NCBI GenBank assembly: GCA_034670305.1
Contig: JAXMNT010000025.1
Span: forward strand, 1-64,000
Direction: 5' to 3'
DNA: 64,000 nucleotides
From: Deltaproteobacteria bacterium
Lineage (GTDB): Bacteria > Myxococcota_A > Polyangia > Polyangiales > Houyiibacteriaceae
The position numbers and the translations under genes are program-made. This document shows, piece after piece, positions 8,627-17,656 of this stretch (the first letter of the stretch is position 1; the number at the start of each line of letters is the position of its first letter). The notes beneath the pieces are model-generated. The model saw nothing but the letters and a program-made list of their open reading frames with translations. It was not told where the DNA came from and did not search any database.

Positions 8627-10269
8627 ACGCGTGGCGGACATCGGCGCTTCTTGGCTTCTTGGCGCTTTCGGCGTGTGCGGGCGACGCCACGCAGATCGTG
8701 GTGGTCGTCGACGCCGACGGTCCGCTCGACGACGTGCGCGTGGAGGTGGTCGGTTACCCCGAGATGCTCGGCGGCACGATGCCTTCGCTGCCGACGACCG
8801 CGGTGCTGCGCCATCAGGGTGGATCGCTCGGCCCGTACGAAGTCGTCGTCCAAGCAACGCGTGCGGGCCGCACGATCGAACGGCGGACGCATGTGCGTTT
8901 CGTGTCGGGGGAGACCTTGGTGCTGGCGAACTGCCTGCGCGAAGGATGCGCCGATGTGGCCTGCGGCGGCGAGACCTGCGGAGAGGCCGGATGCGAGCCC
9001 ATCGCCGAGGTCGCGCTCCCGATGTGGACAGGGATGGCGCCGATGGGTGGGTGCAATCCCGCCAGCGACGCGGGCGTGGATGCGGGTGGCGACTCCGGCC
9101 CCGTCGATGGCGGTCCTGACGCGCCGACGCCCGATGCCGGGACCGATGCCGGGTGCGCGCTGAGCCTGTGTGGCGTCGACCCGGTGCATCTGCCCGGAGA
9201 CCCCGTCACTCCGAGGGAGTGCGGCGGTCGCTCGGTGCGCGTCGAGATCACCTTGCCAGGCGATGCGCCCAGGACGGTGGACGTGTTCCCGATCTACATG
9301 CGGGAACCGGGCGAAGCGACCCTTCTCCTCGAGGCCACCGACGACCCATCGTGCCAACTGACCACCCCGTTCACCGTCGCGGGCCCCGAGGCCATCTCCA
9401 ACGACGGGCGCGCCGGCTCCGTCCGAGACATGGACGCGCGCCTCGGCGCGGCCTTCGTGGTCGGGGATCGCGGCGTGTACGCGGTGCGCGATCAGTGGTT
9501 CGATCTCAGCGACGCGGGGGGCGCCCCGGAGAGCCTCGAGGCGGTGCGGGTGTACGAGGACTTGCCGCACGTGGGTCCGCGGGACGCCACGCGGCACTTC
9601 TACCGCGTCCACATCGACGCCGATTTGGCCGTGCTCGGTCACGACAGGCTGACCATTCATGCCGATGACGATTCGGAGACGCGGGCCCTCGGGCGCGAAC
9701 GCAGCGGACTGCGTCTTCTGCTCGCGACGAAGTCGGGCGTCTACATCTGGGATGGCACGACGCCGGACCGAATCAGTGGACGCGACATCGCCCGCGGTGG
9801 CGCGGTGGCACTCTCGAGCATCGTCGTGCCGGAGCAGGGCGACGTGTGGGCCATCGACTCCGGCGGCGATCTCTTCAACTACTCGACCACGGGCGGAGCG
9901 ACGGTCCCGGATGTGGCCGTCGACCTCGGCCTGATCGGCGACCTCGAGCTGGACGAAGTGGTGGAGCGCCGCCTTTGGATCTGCGGCGACGAGGGCCTTG
10001 CCCTGTACACGCGTTCGGGCGCGAGCCTGGGCACACCGGTCGCGCGGCTCTTCAGCGATTGTCGCGACTTGGCGCCTGCCCGAGACGGTGGCGTGTGGGC
10101 CGCGACCAGTCTTGGGCTCGAACGGTACGACTCGAGTGGTGCCCGCCGAGCGCTAATGAACATGCCCGGCGGCGCCACGCATGTCGCCACTGCGCACACG
10201 GTGGACGCACGGGAGACCTGGGTGCTCCGCAGCGATCAAACGATGTTCGTCTTGCGTGCCGGGCCGTAA
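8623..10269 (+). CDS. Lipoprotein with Cys-rich/DAG linker and C-terminal beta-propeller-like region
   Basis: Lipobox LSAC, ATQIVVVVDAD domain, DAGVDAGGDSG linker. ATGA overlap with the upstream gene. Confidence 0.7.
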   Translation: MNAWRTSALLGFLALSACAGDATQIVVVVDADGPLDDVRVEVVGYPEMLGGTMPSLPTTAVLRHQGGSLGPYEVVVQATRAGRTIERRTHVRFVSGETLVLANCLREGCADVACGGETCGEAGCEPIAEVALPMWTGMAPMGGCNPASDAGVDAGGDSGPVDGGPDAPTPDAGTDAGCALSLCGVDPVHLPGDPVTPRECGGRSVRVEITLPGDAPRTVDVFPIYMREPGEATLLLEATDDPSCQLTTPFTVAGPEAISNDGRAGSVRDMDARLGAAFVVGDRGVYAVRDQWFDLSDAGGAPESLEAVRVYEDLPHVGPRDATRHFYRVHIDADLAVLGHDRLTIHADDDSETRALGRERSGLRLLLATKSGVYIWDGTTPDRISGRDIARGGAVALSSIVVPEQGDVWAIDSGGDLFNYSTTGGATVPDVAVDLGLIGDLELDEVVERRLWICGDEGLALYTRSGASLGTPVARLFSDCRDLAPARDGGVWAATSLGLERYDSSGARRALMNMPGGATHVATAHTVDARETWVLRSDQTMFVLRAGP

Positions 10270-10299
10270 GCAGACCCGTCCGCAGCGCCCTCGAGCGCT

Positions 10300-12108
10300 C
10301 TATCGAAAACCGCTGTTCTCGAAGAAGCCGCCCATCGCCATCGACATCGAGTCCATCGCCACCGGACGTCCGCGCACGAGTCGTACCGTGTGCTCGCGGA
10401 CGGGGTCGTCGCTCCGGAGCCGCCGTGACCACGTTCGGTATCCGGCCAGCCGCACGATCACGAGATGTTCTTCACCGTCGTCGGGCAGCTGGAACGTCGT
10501 GGGCGCACGTTCCCCATCCACGAAGACTCGGGCCCGGCTGGGACGTACCGCGAGTCGGAACGGGGGGCGTTCGGTCTCGCTGGGGGTCTCGGCTTCGGTG
10601 GGCGTCTCGGTGACGGGTGTCTCGGGTTCAGCCGGGTCCATCGTCGTGGCCTCTACCGGCCCGCTTTGGCCCTCGTCCGGCGCTTGCCGGGCCGGGTCCT
10701 CTCGAGGGACCGGGCCTTCGGCGGTCGTCACATCCGTCACATCCGGTGTGCTGGTGGACGAGACGTAGAACACCAGCCCCAGCAACAACACGACCGCCCC
10801 GACCGCCCCGATCACGAGAGGGCGTCTGTCCGGAGCGCCTGGCTCCTCGCTCTCCTGGCGGATCACCATGGTGGCGAGGTTGCGTTGCGACGGTGGCGCG
10901 AGTTCCGGGAGTTCCGGGATCTCCGGGACCTCGACCTCGATGACCGGAGGGGGCGCGGGGATCGTCGGAATCTTCTCTGCGATCGGGGGCAGTGGGATCT
11001 CTGCGAAGTCGTCCGTCTCGATCGCCTGACGGGGATGCGACAGGCTGCTGGGGCGACTCGACTGTCGGCGCTCCCGATCCAAGTCCCACTCGACGAGCTC
11101 CGAGACGTCGTTGAAGTCGAGGTCTGCCAGCTCCAGCATGATCACACCGGAGTCGCCGGGCTCGTACGCGGCGGACACCGCGTGGAGGATCGCTTTGGCA
11201 GCGCCCCGTTCTTTCGGGGTCTTCACCATTTCGGTGGCGAACCGGTTCGCAGTCACGAGAAGCGCCTCGCGCATCGCGCGCGCGTTGGGGTAACGCGCCT
11301 CGCGTTCGCGATGGAGCGCCCGCTCGATGTACGCCTCGAAGCGCGGGCCGAGGTCCGGCCGATACGTCGACAGCTTGGGCGGGTCCTTGGTCAGGATCTT
11401 CACCAGCAAGTCGCCGACGTTGTCGGCATGGAAGGGGAAGTGCCCGGTCAAGAGTTCGAAGAGCATCACGCCCATCGACCAGACGTCGGCGCGCTCGTCC
11501 ACGTCGGCCAGACCGCGGGCCTGCTCCGGTGACATGTACTCGGGCGTGCCCGTGATGTTGTTGTCGGACGTGGGGATGACAGACTTCAGCTGACGGCCAG
11601 GCGTGCGCCCGACCGCTTTCGAGAGTCCGAAGTCGAACAGCTTCGGGTAGACGCCGTCCGCGTCCTCCACCAGAAAGACGTTCTCAGGTTTGATGTCGCG
11701 GTGGGCGAGGCCGCGGTCGTGCACCGCGCAGAGGCCACTGAGGACCTGGGCGATGATGCGGATGGATTCGGGTGTGGCGATCGGGCCAGTGCCCAGCCGT
11801 TCGGCCAGACTCTCCCCTTGAAGGTGTTCCATCACCATGTACGCGGAGCCGGCCTGGGTGCCGAAGTCCAAGACTTGCACCACGTTCCGGTGGGTGATCG
11901 CCGCCGCGATCTTCGCCTCTCGGACAAAGCGTGCCTTGAGATCCTCACCCAGCTCCTTGAGGAACTTCACCGCAACTGGGGTCTCGAGCGTCAAATGGCG
12001 CGCCCGCCAGACGATGGCCATCCCGCCTTCGCCGATGACCTCTTCCAGCTCGTAGCGTCCGTCGAGCACCCACCCTGCGTGGGGGCCGATCTGAGGCGCA
12101 GCGTCCAA
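10300..12108 (-). CDS. Transmembrane Ser/Thr protein kinase (Hanks type) with C-terminal PEGA-like domain
   Basis: IGEGGMAIVW, VAVK, HRDIKPENVF, DFGLSK, GTPEYMSPEQ and DVWSMG motifs, TM helix, ARVFVDG. TTG start. Confidence 0.93.
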   Translation of the reverse strand: MDAAPQIGPHAGWVLDGRYELEEVIGEGGMAIVWRARHLTLETPVAVKFLKELGEDLKARFVREAKIAAAITHRNVVQVLDFGTQAGSAYMVMEHLQGESLAERLGTGPIATPESIRIIAQVLSGLCAVHDRGLAHRDIKPENVFLVEDADGVYPKLFDFGLSKAVGRTPGRQLKSVIPTSDNNITGTPEYMSPEQARGLADVDERADVWSMGVMLFELLTGHFPFHADNVGDLLVKILTKDPPKLSTYRPDLGPRFEAYIERALHREREARYPNARAMREALLVTANRFATEMVKTPKERGAAKAILHAVSAAYEPGDSGVIMLELADLDFNDVSELVEWDLDRERRQSSRPSSLSHPRQAIETDDFAEIPLPPIAEKIPTIPAPPPVIEVEVPEIPELPELAPPSQRNLATMVIRQESEEPGAPDRRPLVIGAVGAVVLLLGLVFYVSSTSTPDVTDVTTAEGPVPREDPARQAPDEGQSGPVEATTMDPAEPETPVTETPTEAETPSETERPPFRLAVRPSRARVFVDGERAPTTFQLPDDGEEHLVIVRLAGYRTWSRRLRSDDPVREHTVRLVRGRPVAMDSMSMAMGGFFENSGFR

Positions 12109-12274
12109 CCTCCTTATCGTAGCAGGCCGCGGCCGCGATCCCAGCCGAGTCCGGCCAGATGGGCACAGAGGGCTGTGTTTCTGGGGGGCAGTCCTCAGAT
12201 ACGGGTGGATCGCAGTGCCTTGGCGACACGGCGTTGACTGGCTTCATGGCCACGGAGCGCGGAGGAGTAGGCCA

Positions 12275-12339
12275 GCCGAAGCCCGAAGCCGAAGCCGAAG
12301 CCGACGCCGAAGCCGACGCCGAAGCCGACGCCGATGCCG
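12275..12339. repeat. (GCCGAA/GCCGAC)n hexamer tract
   Basis: About 10 degenerate hexamers between divergent genes. Confidence 0.9.
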
Positions 12340-12358
12340 CCGGGTCTATACTTCGCCA

Positions 12359-13456
12359 GTGGAGCTTCGTTTTCCTGAGGTGGACCGTGCGCTGGAGCGG
12401 TTTGGCGCGCGTGCCGCCGAGCTGCTCGGGGTGTCGGCGGGCCCGGTGCGGCTCTTCGAGGGTCCGCCCTCGGCGTGGAAGCTGTCCCTCGAGGCGGGCG
12501 AGGCGCGGATCTGGTTGCGGGACCAGGAGTCGGCGGATGGCGCGCTCTTTCAGCATGCGGCCTACGCGCTCTCCTACGAGCAGTGCACCACGCCCGGGTG
12601 GGCCACTGCGCTCGAGCGCACGACGCCATCGAAGCGCGACGCGCTGGCCGATGCGCTGACCACCTTGCGCCGGGAGACGCGGCTCGCGCCACCCGCACCG
12701 GAGCCGCTCGACGCGCACTCCATCGACGCGTTCGGCGACGAGGCCTCGTTGATCCGGCCGCTCCTGGACAGCTACCGCGACCACTACGGGCGCGGGCTGG
12801 AGCTCGTGCGATGGCCGTCCGGGCCACCATCCATCCTCTTTCCGGACGTGGTCCAAGAACAGAGTGTCTTCGCGACCGTGTCGGTGCCCTTTGCGGAGGA
12901 CGTGCGTATGCGCGCGTACCTGCGCGATCTCGGGTATGGGCTCCTCGGTCGCAAGATGCGGCTGGTGCCGACGCCGGCCGCGTTTCGTGCGCGACGCGCG
13001 GCGGTCGGACTCGGTGCGTCGGGATTCGCCGCGCGTTTGATCCGCGCCCGGATCCCGGTGCTGCGCACGAGGCCTTGGCTCGTCGGGCTCGCCGAAGGGA
13101 CCTTCACGGTGAACCTTCGGAGCGCGCGGCTCAACCGATGGACTCGGCTCACCCGCGAGATCGGTCGCCGGCTTCATCCGGAGCTGGCGGCGATGTGGCA
13201 CACGCACTTCCACGCGCTGGGCCACGACATGGGACTGCACGTCTTCGCGCTGCACCGGATCCCGGAGAGCGGGATGGCGGACTTGAAGGCCCGGGCCCGC
13301 CGCGCGGCGCAGGGACGTCGGCGCAACGCGCTGTCGACCGCCGCGTTCTTCGAAGGCGAACTCACCCGCCGCTGCGTCGACATCTGGGACAAACTCGCGC
13401 ACCCCGCGGAGTTCGCAGCACGCTTCGCGGCCGAAGCAGCGGGCGACGACCGCTAG
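12359..13456 (+). CDS. Hypothetical protein with His-rich motif
   Basis: Open frame fills the gap. GTG lies 6 nt after TATACT. Contains WHTHFHALGHDMGLHVFALH. Confidence 0.65.
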   Translation: MELRFPEVDRALERFGARAAELLGVSAGPVRLFEGPPSAWKLSLEAGEARIWLRDQESADGALFQHAAYALSYEQCTTPGWATALERTTPSKRDALADALTTLRRETRLAPPAPEPLDAHSIDAFGDEASLIRPLLDSYRDHYGRGLELVRWPSGPPSILFPDVVQEQSVFATVSVPFAEDVRMRAYLRDLGYGLLGRKMRLVPTPAAFRARRAAVGLGASGFAARLIRARIPVLRTRPWLVGLAEGTFTVNLRSARLNRWTRLTREIGRRLHPELAAMWHTHFHALGHDMGLHVFALHRIPESGMADLKARARRAAQGRRRNALSTAAFFEGELTRRCVDIWDKLAHPAEFAARFAAEAAGDDR

Positions 13457-13669
13457 GCCTCCGATTGTCCGAAGCGAGGCTGGTTGTGCGGCGGCCGTGC
13501 TCGCTGCGGTGTCGGCCGGGGCGCGTCCCGAACCCAGATGTCCGCAGTCGCGGAGGGCAGGCGTGGGTTCGGTCCAAGGGAGGTGTTCGTCGTGGTGTTC
13601 GATCCTCTCGGCCGGTATTCTCGCGCGCACGCGGATGGGTCGCGATCCACTCCGTGCACGCTGGCTCTC

Positions 13670-16600
13670 ATGAAACGTCTCCTCCCCTTCTTCACGCTCT
13701 TGGTGGCGCTGGCTGCCGCCTGCGGCGACGACGACGGGTCGATGGCGGATGCGTCGTTGCCGGACGCAGCGATGGACGCACCCCCGGAGTGCGTGGACGA
13801 CGTCGACTGCGACGATGGCTTGTTCTGCAACGGCGCGGAATCCTGTGCGTCGGGCCGTTGCCTCTTCGAGGACGCACCGAGCTGCGACGACGGCGTGGCG
13901 TGCACGCTCGATCTCTGCGACGAAGAGCTCGACGCCTGCGTGGCGGTCGCGCCAGACGAAGACGGGGATGGCGCAGGGGACGCGGCGTGCGTCGACGCCG
14001 ACGGGACGCCGCTTGGGTCCGACTGCGACGACACCGACGCGTTCCGTTTTCCAGGCAACCCGGAGGTCTGTGACCTCGACGGGCACGACGAAGACTGCGA
14101 TCCAGACACCTTCGGCGCGCGCGACGTGGACCACGATGGGTTCCTGGACGCGATGTGTTGCAACACGCGGTCCGACGCGACGCCCGTGTGCGGCGACGAC
14201 TGCCGCGACGTCCGACCTGGCGTGAACCCGATGGCGACCGAAGCGTGCGACGGGGTCGACAACGATTGCGATGGGCTCATCGACGAAGGCGTGATTCGGG
14301 CCGGTCACCACGACGCGGACGGCGACGGCTTCGGAGACGAGTCCCGGCCGCGCATGGCCTGTCCCGGGGTGGGGCGGTTCGCACCGGAAGGCACACCCTT
14401 CGACTGCGACGACGACGACGTCTCGCGCAACCCGGGACAGGTCGAGATCTGCGACATGGTCGACAACGACTGCAACGGGCTCGTCGACGACGACACCCGC
14501 CCGGTGGAGTGGTTCGCGGACCTCGACCGAGATGGGTTCGGCAGCCGCGACAGCGGCGTGGTGTCCTCGTGTGTGCCGGTGGCCGAACACAGCTTGCGGG
14601 ACACCGACTGCAACGACGACGATCCTGCGATCCACCCGGCGGCGGGTGAACTCTGCGACGCGATCGACAACGACTGCAACGGGCTGGCGGACTTCGAGAT
14701 CGCGCCGGGCGATTTCGAAGACGACGACGGAGACGGGCTGGTCGACATCGCGTGCGGACCGCCGCGCGGCACCGACTGCGACGACGAGGACGCGGGCGCC
14801 GGACCCGGCACGCCCGAGAGCTGCGATGGGCGCGACAACGACTGCGACGATCTCGTGGACGAAGGCGCCATGGACCTGCTCTGGTACTTCGACGGCGACG
14901 GCGACGGACACGGTTCGTCGGGCAGCGACCGTCCGATCGTGCGCGCGTGTTCCCCGCCGGCGGGCTACGTCGGCAGCGGCGCGGACTGCGACGACGTCGA
15001 CGCGATGCGGGCCCCGGGTTTGCCCGAGACCTGCGACGCGCTCGACGACGACTGCGACGGCGCGGTCGACGAGGAGGGCATCTGCGCGTGTCCGACCGGC
15101 ACGCTCGACTGCGACGGGAACGGCACGTGCGAGACCGACATCACCAGCGATGAGATCAACTGCGGCATGTGCTTCTTCGCGTGCGAGGGCGGGCTCGGCG
15201 CCAACGAGGTCGAGTGCGTGTCAGGGACCTGCGCGGTGACTCGGTGCTTCGAAGGCCGCGGCGACTGCGATGGACTCGTCTCCAACCAGTGCGAGACCGT
15301 GCTCGCGACCGACCCGATGCACTGCGGCGGCTGCGGTCGCGCATGCACCCCGGGCGGCACCGCGACCGGCGTCGGTTGCCGCGACTACGAGTGCGTGATC
15401 ACCGAATGTGCACCGGGGACGGGCGACTGCAACGGCGATCTCGCCGATGGATGCGAGACGAACACGAGCCTCGATGCGCATCACTGTGGCGGCTGCGGAA
15501 ACGTGTGTCTCGGGACGTTTGGACCCGCCAGCTGTGTCTCGGGCGAGTGCGCCGCGGCCTGTGTGCCCGGCCGCACCGCCGACTGCGACGGACGACCCGA
15601 GAACGGCTGCGAAGCGGACTTGCACGATCCGGCGACCTGCGGAAGCTGCACGACGACGTGCGATCCCGGGGGGCCGTTCACCGTGGGGGTGTGCGACACG
15701 GACGGACCGAGCCCCGCCTGCCGAGTGCAGTGCATGGACGGGCGCGCCGACTGCGACGCCACCATCGCGAATGGCTGCGAGAGCTCGATCGCCGCCACCA
15801 ACTGCAGTTGCTCGGATGGTGGCATCGACTGCACGACGCTCTACCCGGCTGGTGCGACCGTCACTTGCGTCGGTCGTTCACCAGGCTCTGCCGTGTGCGA
15901 AGTGCGGGACTGCGGGCCCGGCGCGAGCGAGTGTGGCGGGGCCTGTGTCGACCCGACGAACGATCCATTTCACTGCGGCGCATGCGACACCGTGTGCAAC
16001 GGCGCCGAAGCCTGCGTGGGTGGCGCGTGTGTGTGTGCGAGCGGCACCGTGTGCCCTGGAATCGGTTGCACCAACACCGACAACGACCGCGACCACTGCG
16101 GCGGCTGTGGGCGCCGGTGTCTGACGGGCGAGTTCTGTGACGGGGGCACGTGCGTGCTCGACTGCAGCGGAGGCCGGACCAACTGCGGCGGTCTGTGCGT
16201 CCGAACCGCTTCCGATCTCGACCACTGCGGTGCCTGCGACAACGCGTGCGCCGCGTTCGAAGACTGCGAAGACGGGGTGTGTCGCCTCGAGTGCGCGCTG
16301 CCTCGCGTGCAGTGCGGAAGCACCTGCGTCGACGTGCGCGTCGACGACATGAACTGCGGCGATTGCGGGGTGGCGTGCCCGGCCAGCGGCACGGGGTTCA
16401 CCGGTTCCAGTTGCATGGGTGGAGACTGCACGCCGAGCTGCGACGCCGGCCTCGGCGATTGCGACGGCTCCATCGCGAACGGGTGCGAACACGATGTGCT
16501 GAGCGACGCGGCGAACTGCGGCGCGTGCGGGCACGATTGCGGCGTCGGCGGCGTCTGCACCAGCGGCGCCTGCGATCCAGTGATCGACCTCGAGACCGGA

Positions 16601-17656
16601 AGGTTTGCGGCGTGCGCAGTGCGCGCCGGCGGCGCACTCGCGTGCTGGGGAGACAACTTCAACCGGCAGCTCGGCGTAGATGTCGACGGGACCTTTCCAC
16701 CCACTGTGGTGCCGCTTGCCGACGTCTCCGACGTCGCGGTTGGATGGGCGCATGTCTGTGCGATCGCGTTCGACGCGACCACCCTGCGTGAAGAGGTCTT
16801 CTGCTGGGGAACCGACACCCGCGGCCAGCTCGGCGATGGCGCGGGCACGCGGGCGGAGCCCTTCACCCCGACGCGCGTGACCTTGCCGTCCACGCCGATC
16901 CAGATCGCGGCGGGTGACGTGCATTCGTGTGCGCTCTTGCTCGACGGCACGGTGTACTGCTGGGGCCAGAACAACTTCGGTGAGAGCGGCGCAATGGTGG
17001 GTGTGACCGTGGTGGAGACACCGCGCCTGCAGATGAGCGATCCCAGCATCTTGGAGATCCAGGCCGGCTACCACCACACCTGCGTCGCGCACGCAGGACC
17101 GCCCTACGTGACCTGCTGGGGCAACGGCGCGAGTGGGCAGCTCGGCGACGGAACCAACACGACGCCGCAGCCGACGCCCACGCCGGTCAGCAGCAGCATC
17201 GGGACCGGGGATCACCTCGCGCTTGCGGTCGGCGTCGACCACACGTGCTCCGTGCGAACCGACGGGCTCTACTGCTGGGGCACGGGCTCGAGCGGTCAGA
17301 TCGACACCACGACCACGGTCCCGGCGCTTCAATCGACGCCGGCTGGGTCTGGCCCCGCGCGCGATGGCGCCGCCGGTTCCCACACGTGCGTGGTGTTCGG
17401 CGCGGCGCTCTTCTGCCGCGGCTACAACCACCCCACGTCACCGATCGTTCCCGGAGGTCCGCACCCGCTCCCGTGGACCCAGGTCCTGGCCGCCGGGGTG
17501 CATTCGGTCAGCCGGGGAACCGCTTCGGGGTTCGTGCTGGCGCGACTGCAAGACGGACGGGTCGTGGGATTCGGCGTGAACGGCAACGACCAGCTCGGCG
17601 TGGACACCGGCGGCGGGTCGTCGTTGCCCGTCCTCAACCGGGACCTGACGCCATGA
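13670..17656 (+). CDS. Giant Cys-rich lipoprotein, paralog 1 (MopE-related metal-binding repeats, DxxHCGxC repeats, RCC1/BLIP-II-like C-terminus)
   Basis: Lipobox LAAAC-GDDD, repeated ExCDGxDNDCDGxxDE, repeated DPxHCGGCG, and HxCA...YCWGxNxxGQLG repeats. Confidence 0.88.
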   Translation: MKRLLPFFTLLVALAAACGDDDGSMADASLPDAAMDAPPECVDDVDCDDGLFCNGAESCASGRCLFEDAPSCDDGVACTLDLCDEELDACVAVAPDEDGDGAGDAACVDADGTPLGSDCDDTDAFRFPGNPEVCDLDGHDEDCDPDTFGARDVDHDGFLDAMCCNTRSDATPVCGDDCRDVRPGVNPMATEACDGVDNDCDGLIDEGVIRAGHHDADGDGFGDESRPRMACPGVGRFAPEGTPFDCDDDDVSRNPGQVEICDMVDNDCNGLVDDDTRPVEWFADLDRDGFGSRDSGVVSSCVPVAEHSLRDTDCNDDDPAIHPAAGELCDAIDNDCNGLADFEIAPGDFEDDDGDGLVDIACGPPRGTDCDDEDAGAGPGTPESCDGRDNDCDDLVDEGAMDLLWYFDGDGDGHGSSGSDRPIVRACSPPAGYVGSGADCDDVDAMRAPGLPETCDALDDDCDGAVDEEGICACPTGTLDCDGNGTCETDITSDEINCGMCFFACEGGLGANEVECVSGTCAVTRCFEGRGDCDGLVSNQCETVLATDPMHCGGCGRACTPGGTATGVGCRDYECVITECAPGTGDCNGDLADGCETNTSLDAHHCGGCGNVCLGTFGPASCVSGECAAACVPGRTADCDGRPENGCEADLHDPATCGSCTTTCDPGGPFTVGVCDTDGPSPACRVQCMDGRADCDATIANGCESSIAATNCSCSDGGIDCTTLYPAGATVTCVGRSPGSAVCEVRDCGPGASECGGACVDPTNDPFHCGACDTVCNGAEACVGGACVCASGTVCPGIGCTNTDNDRDHCGGCGRRCLTGEFCDGGTCVLDCSGGRTNCGGLCVRTASDLDHCGACDNACAAFEDCEDGVCRLECALPRVQCGSTCVDVRVDDMNCGDCGVACPASGTGFTGSSCMGGDCTPSCDAGLGDCDGSIANGCEHDVLSDAANCGACGHDCGVGGVCTSGACDPVIDLETGRFAACAVRAGGALACWGDNFNRQLGVDVDGTFPPTVVPLADVSDVAVGWAHVCAIAFDATTLREEVFCWGTDTRGQLGDGAGTRAEPFTPTRVTLPSTPIQIAAGDVHSCALLLDGTVYCWGQNNFGESGAMVGVTVVETPRLQMSDPSILEIQAGYHHTCVAHAGPPYVTCWGNGASGQLGDGTNTTPQPTPTPVSSSIGTGDHLALAVGVDHTCSVRTDGLYCWGTGSSGQIDTTTTVPALQSTPAGSGPARDGAAGSHTCVVFGAALFCRGYNHPTSPIVPGGPHPLPWTQVLAAGVHSVSRGTASGFVLARLQDGRVVGFGVNGNDQLGVDTGGGSSLPVLNRDLTP

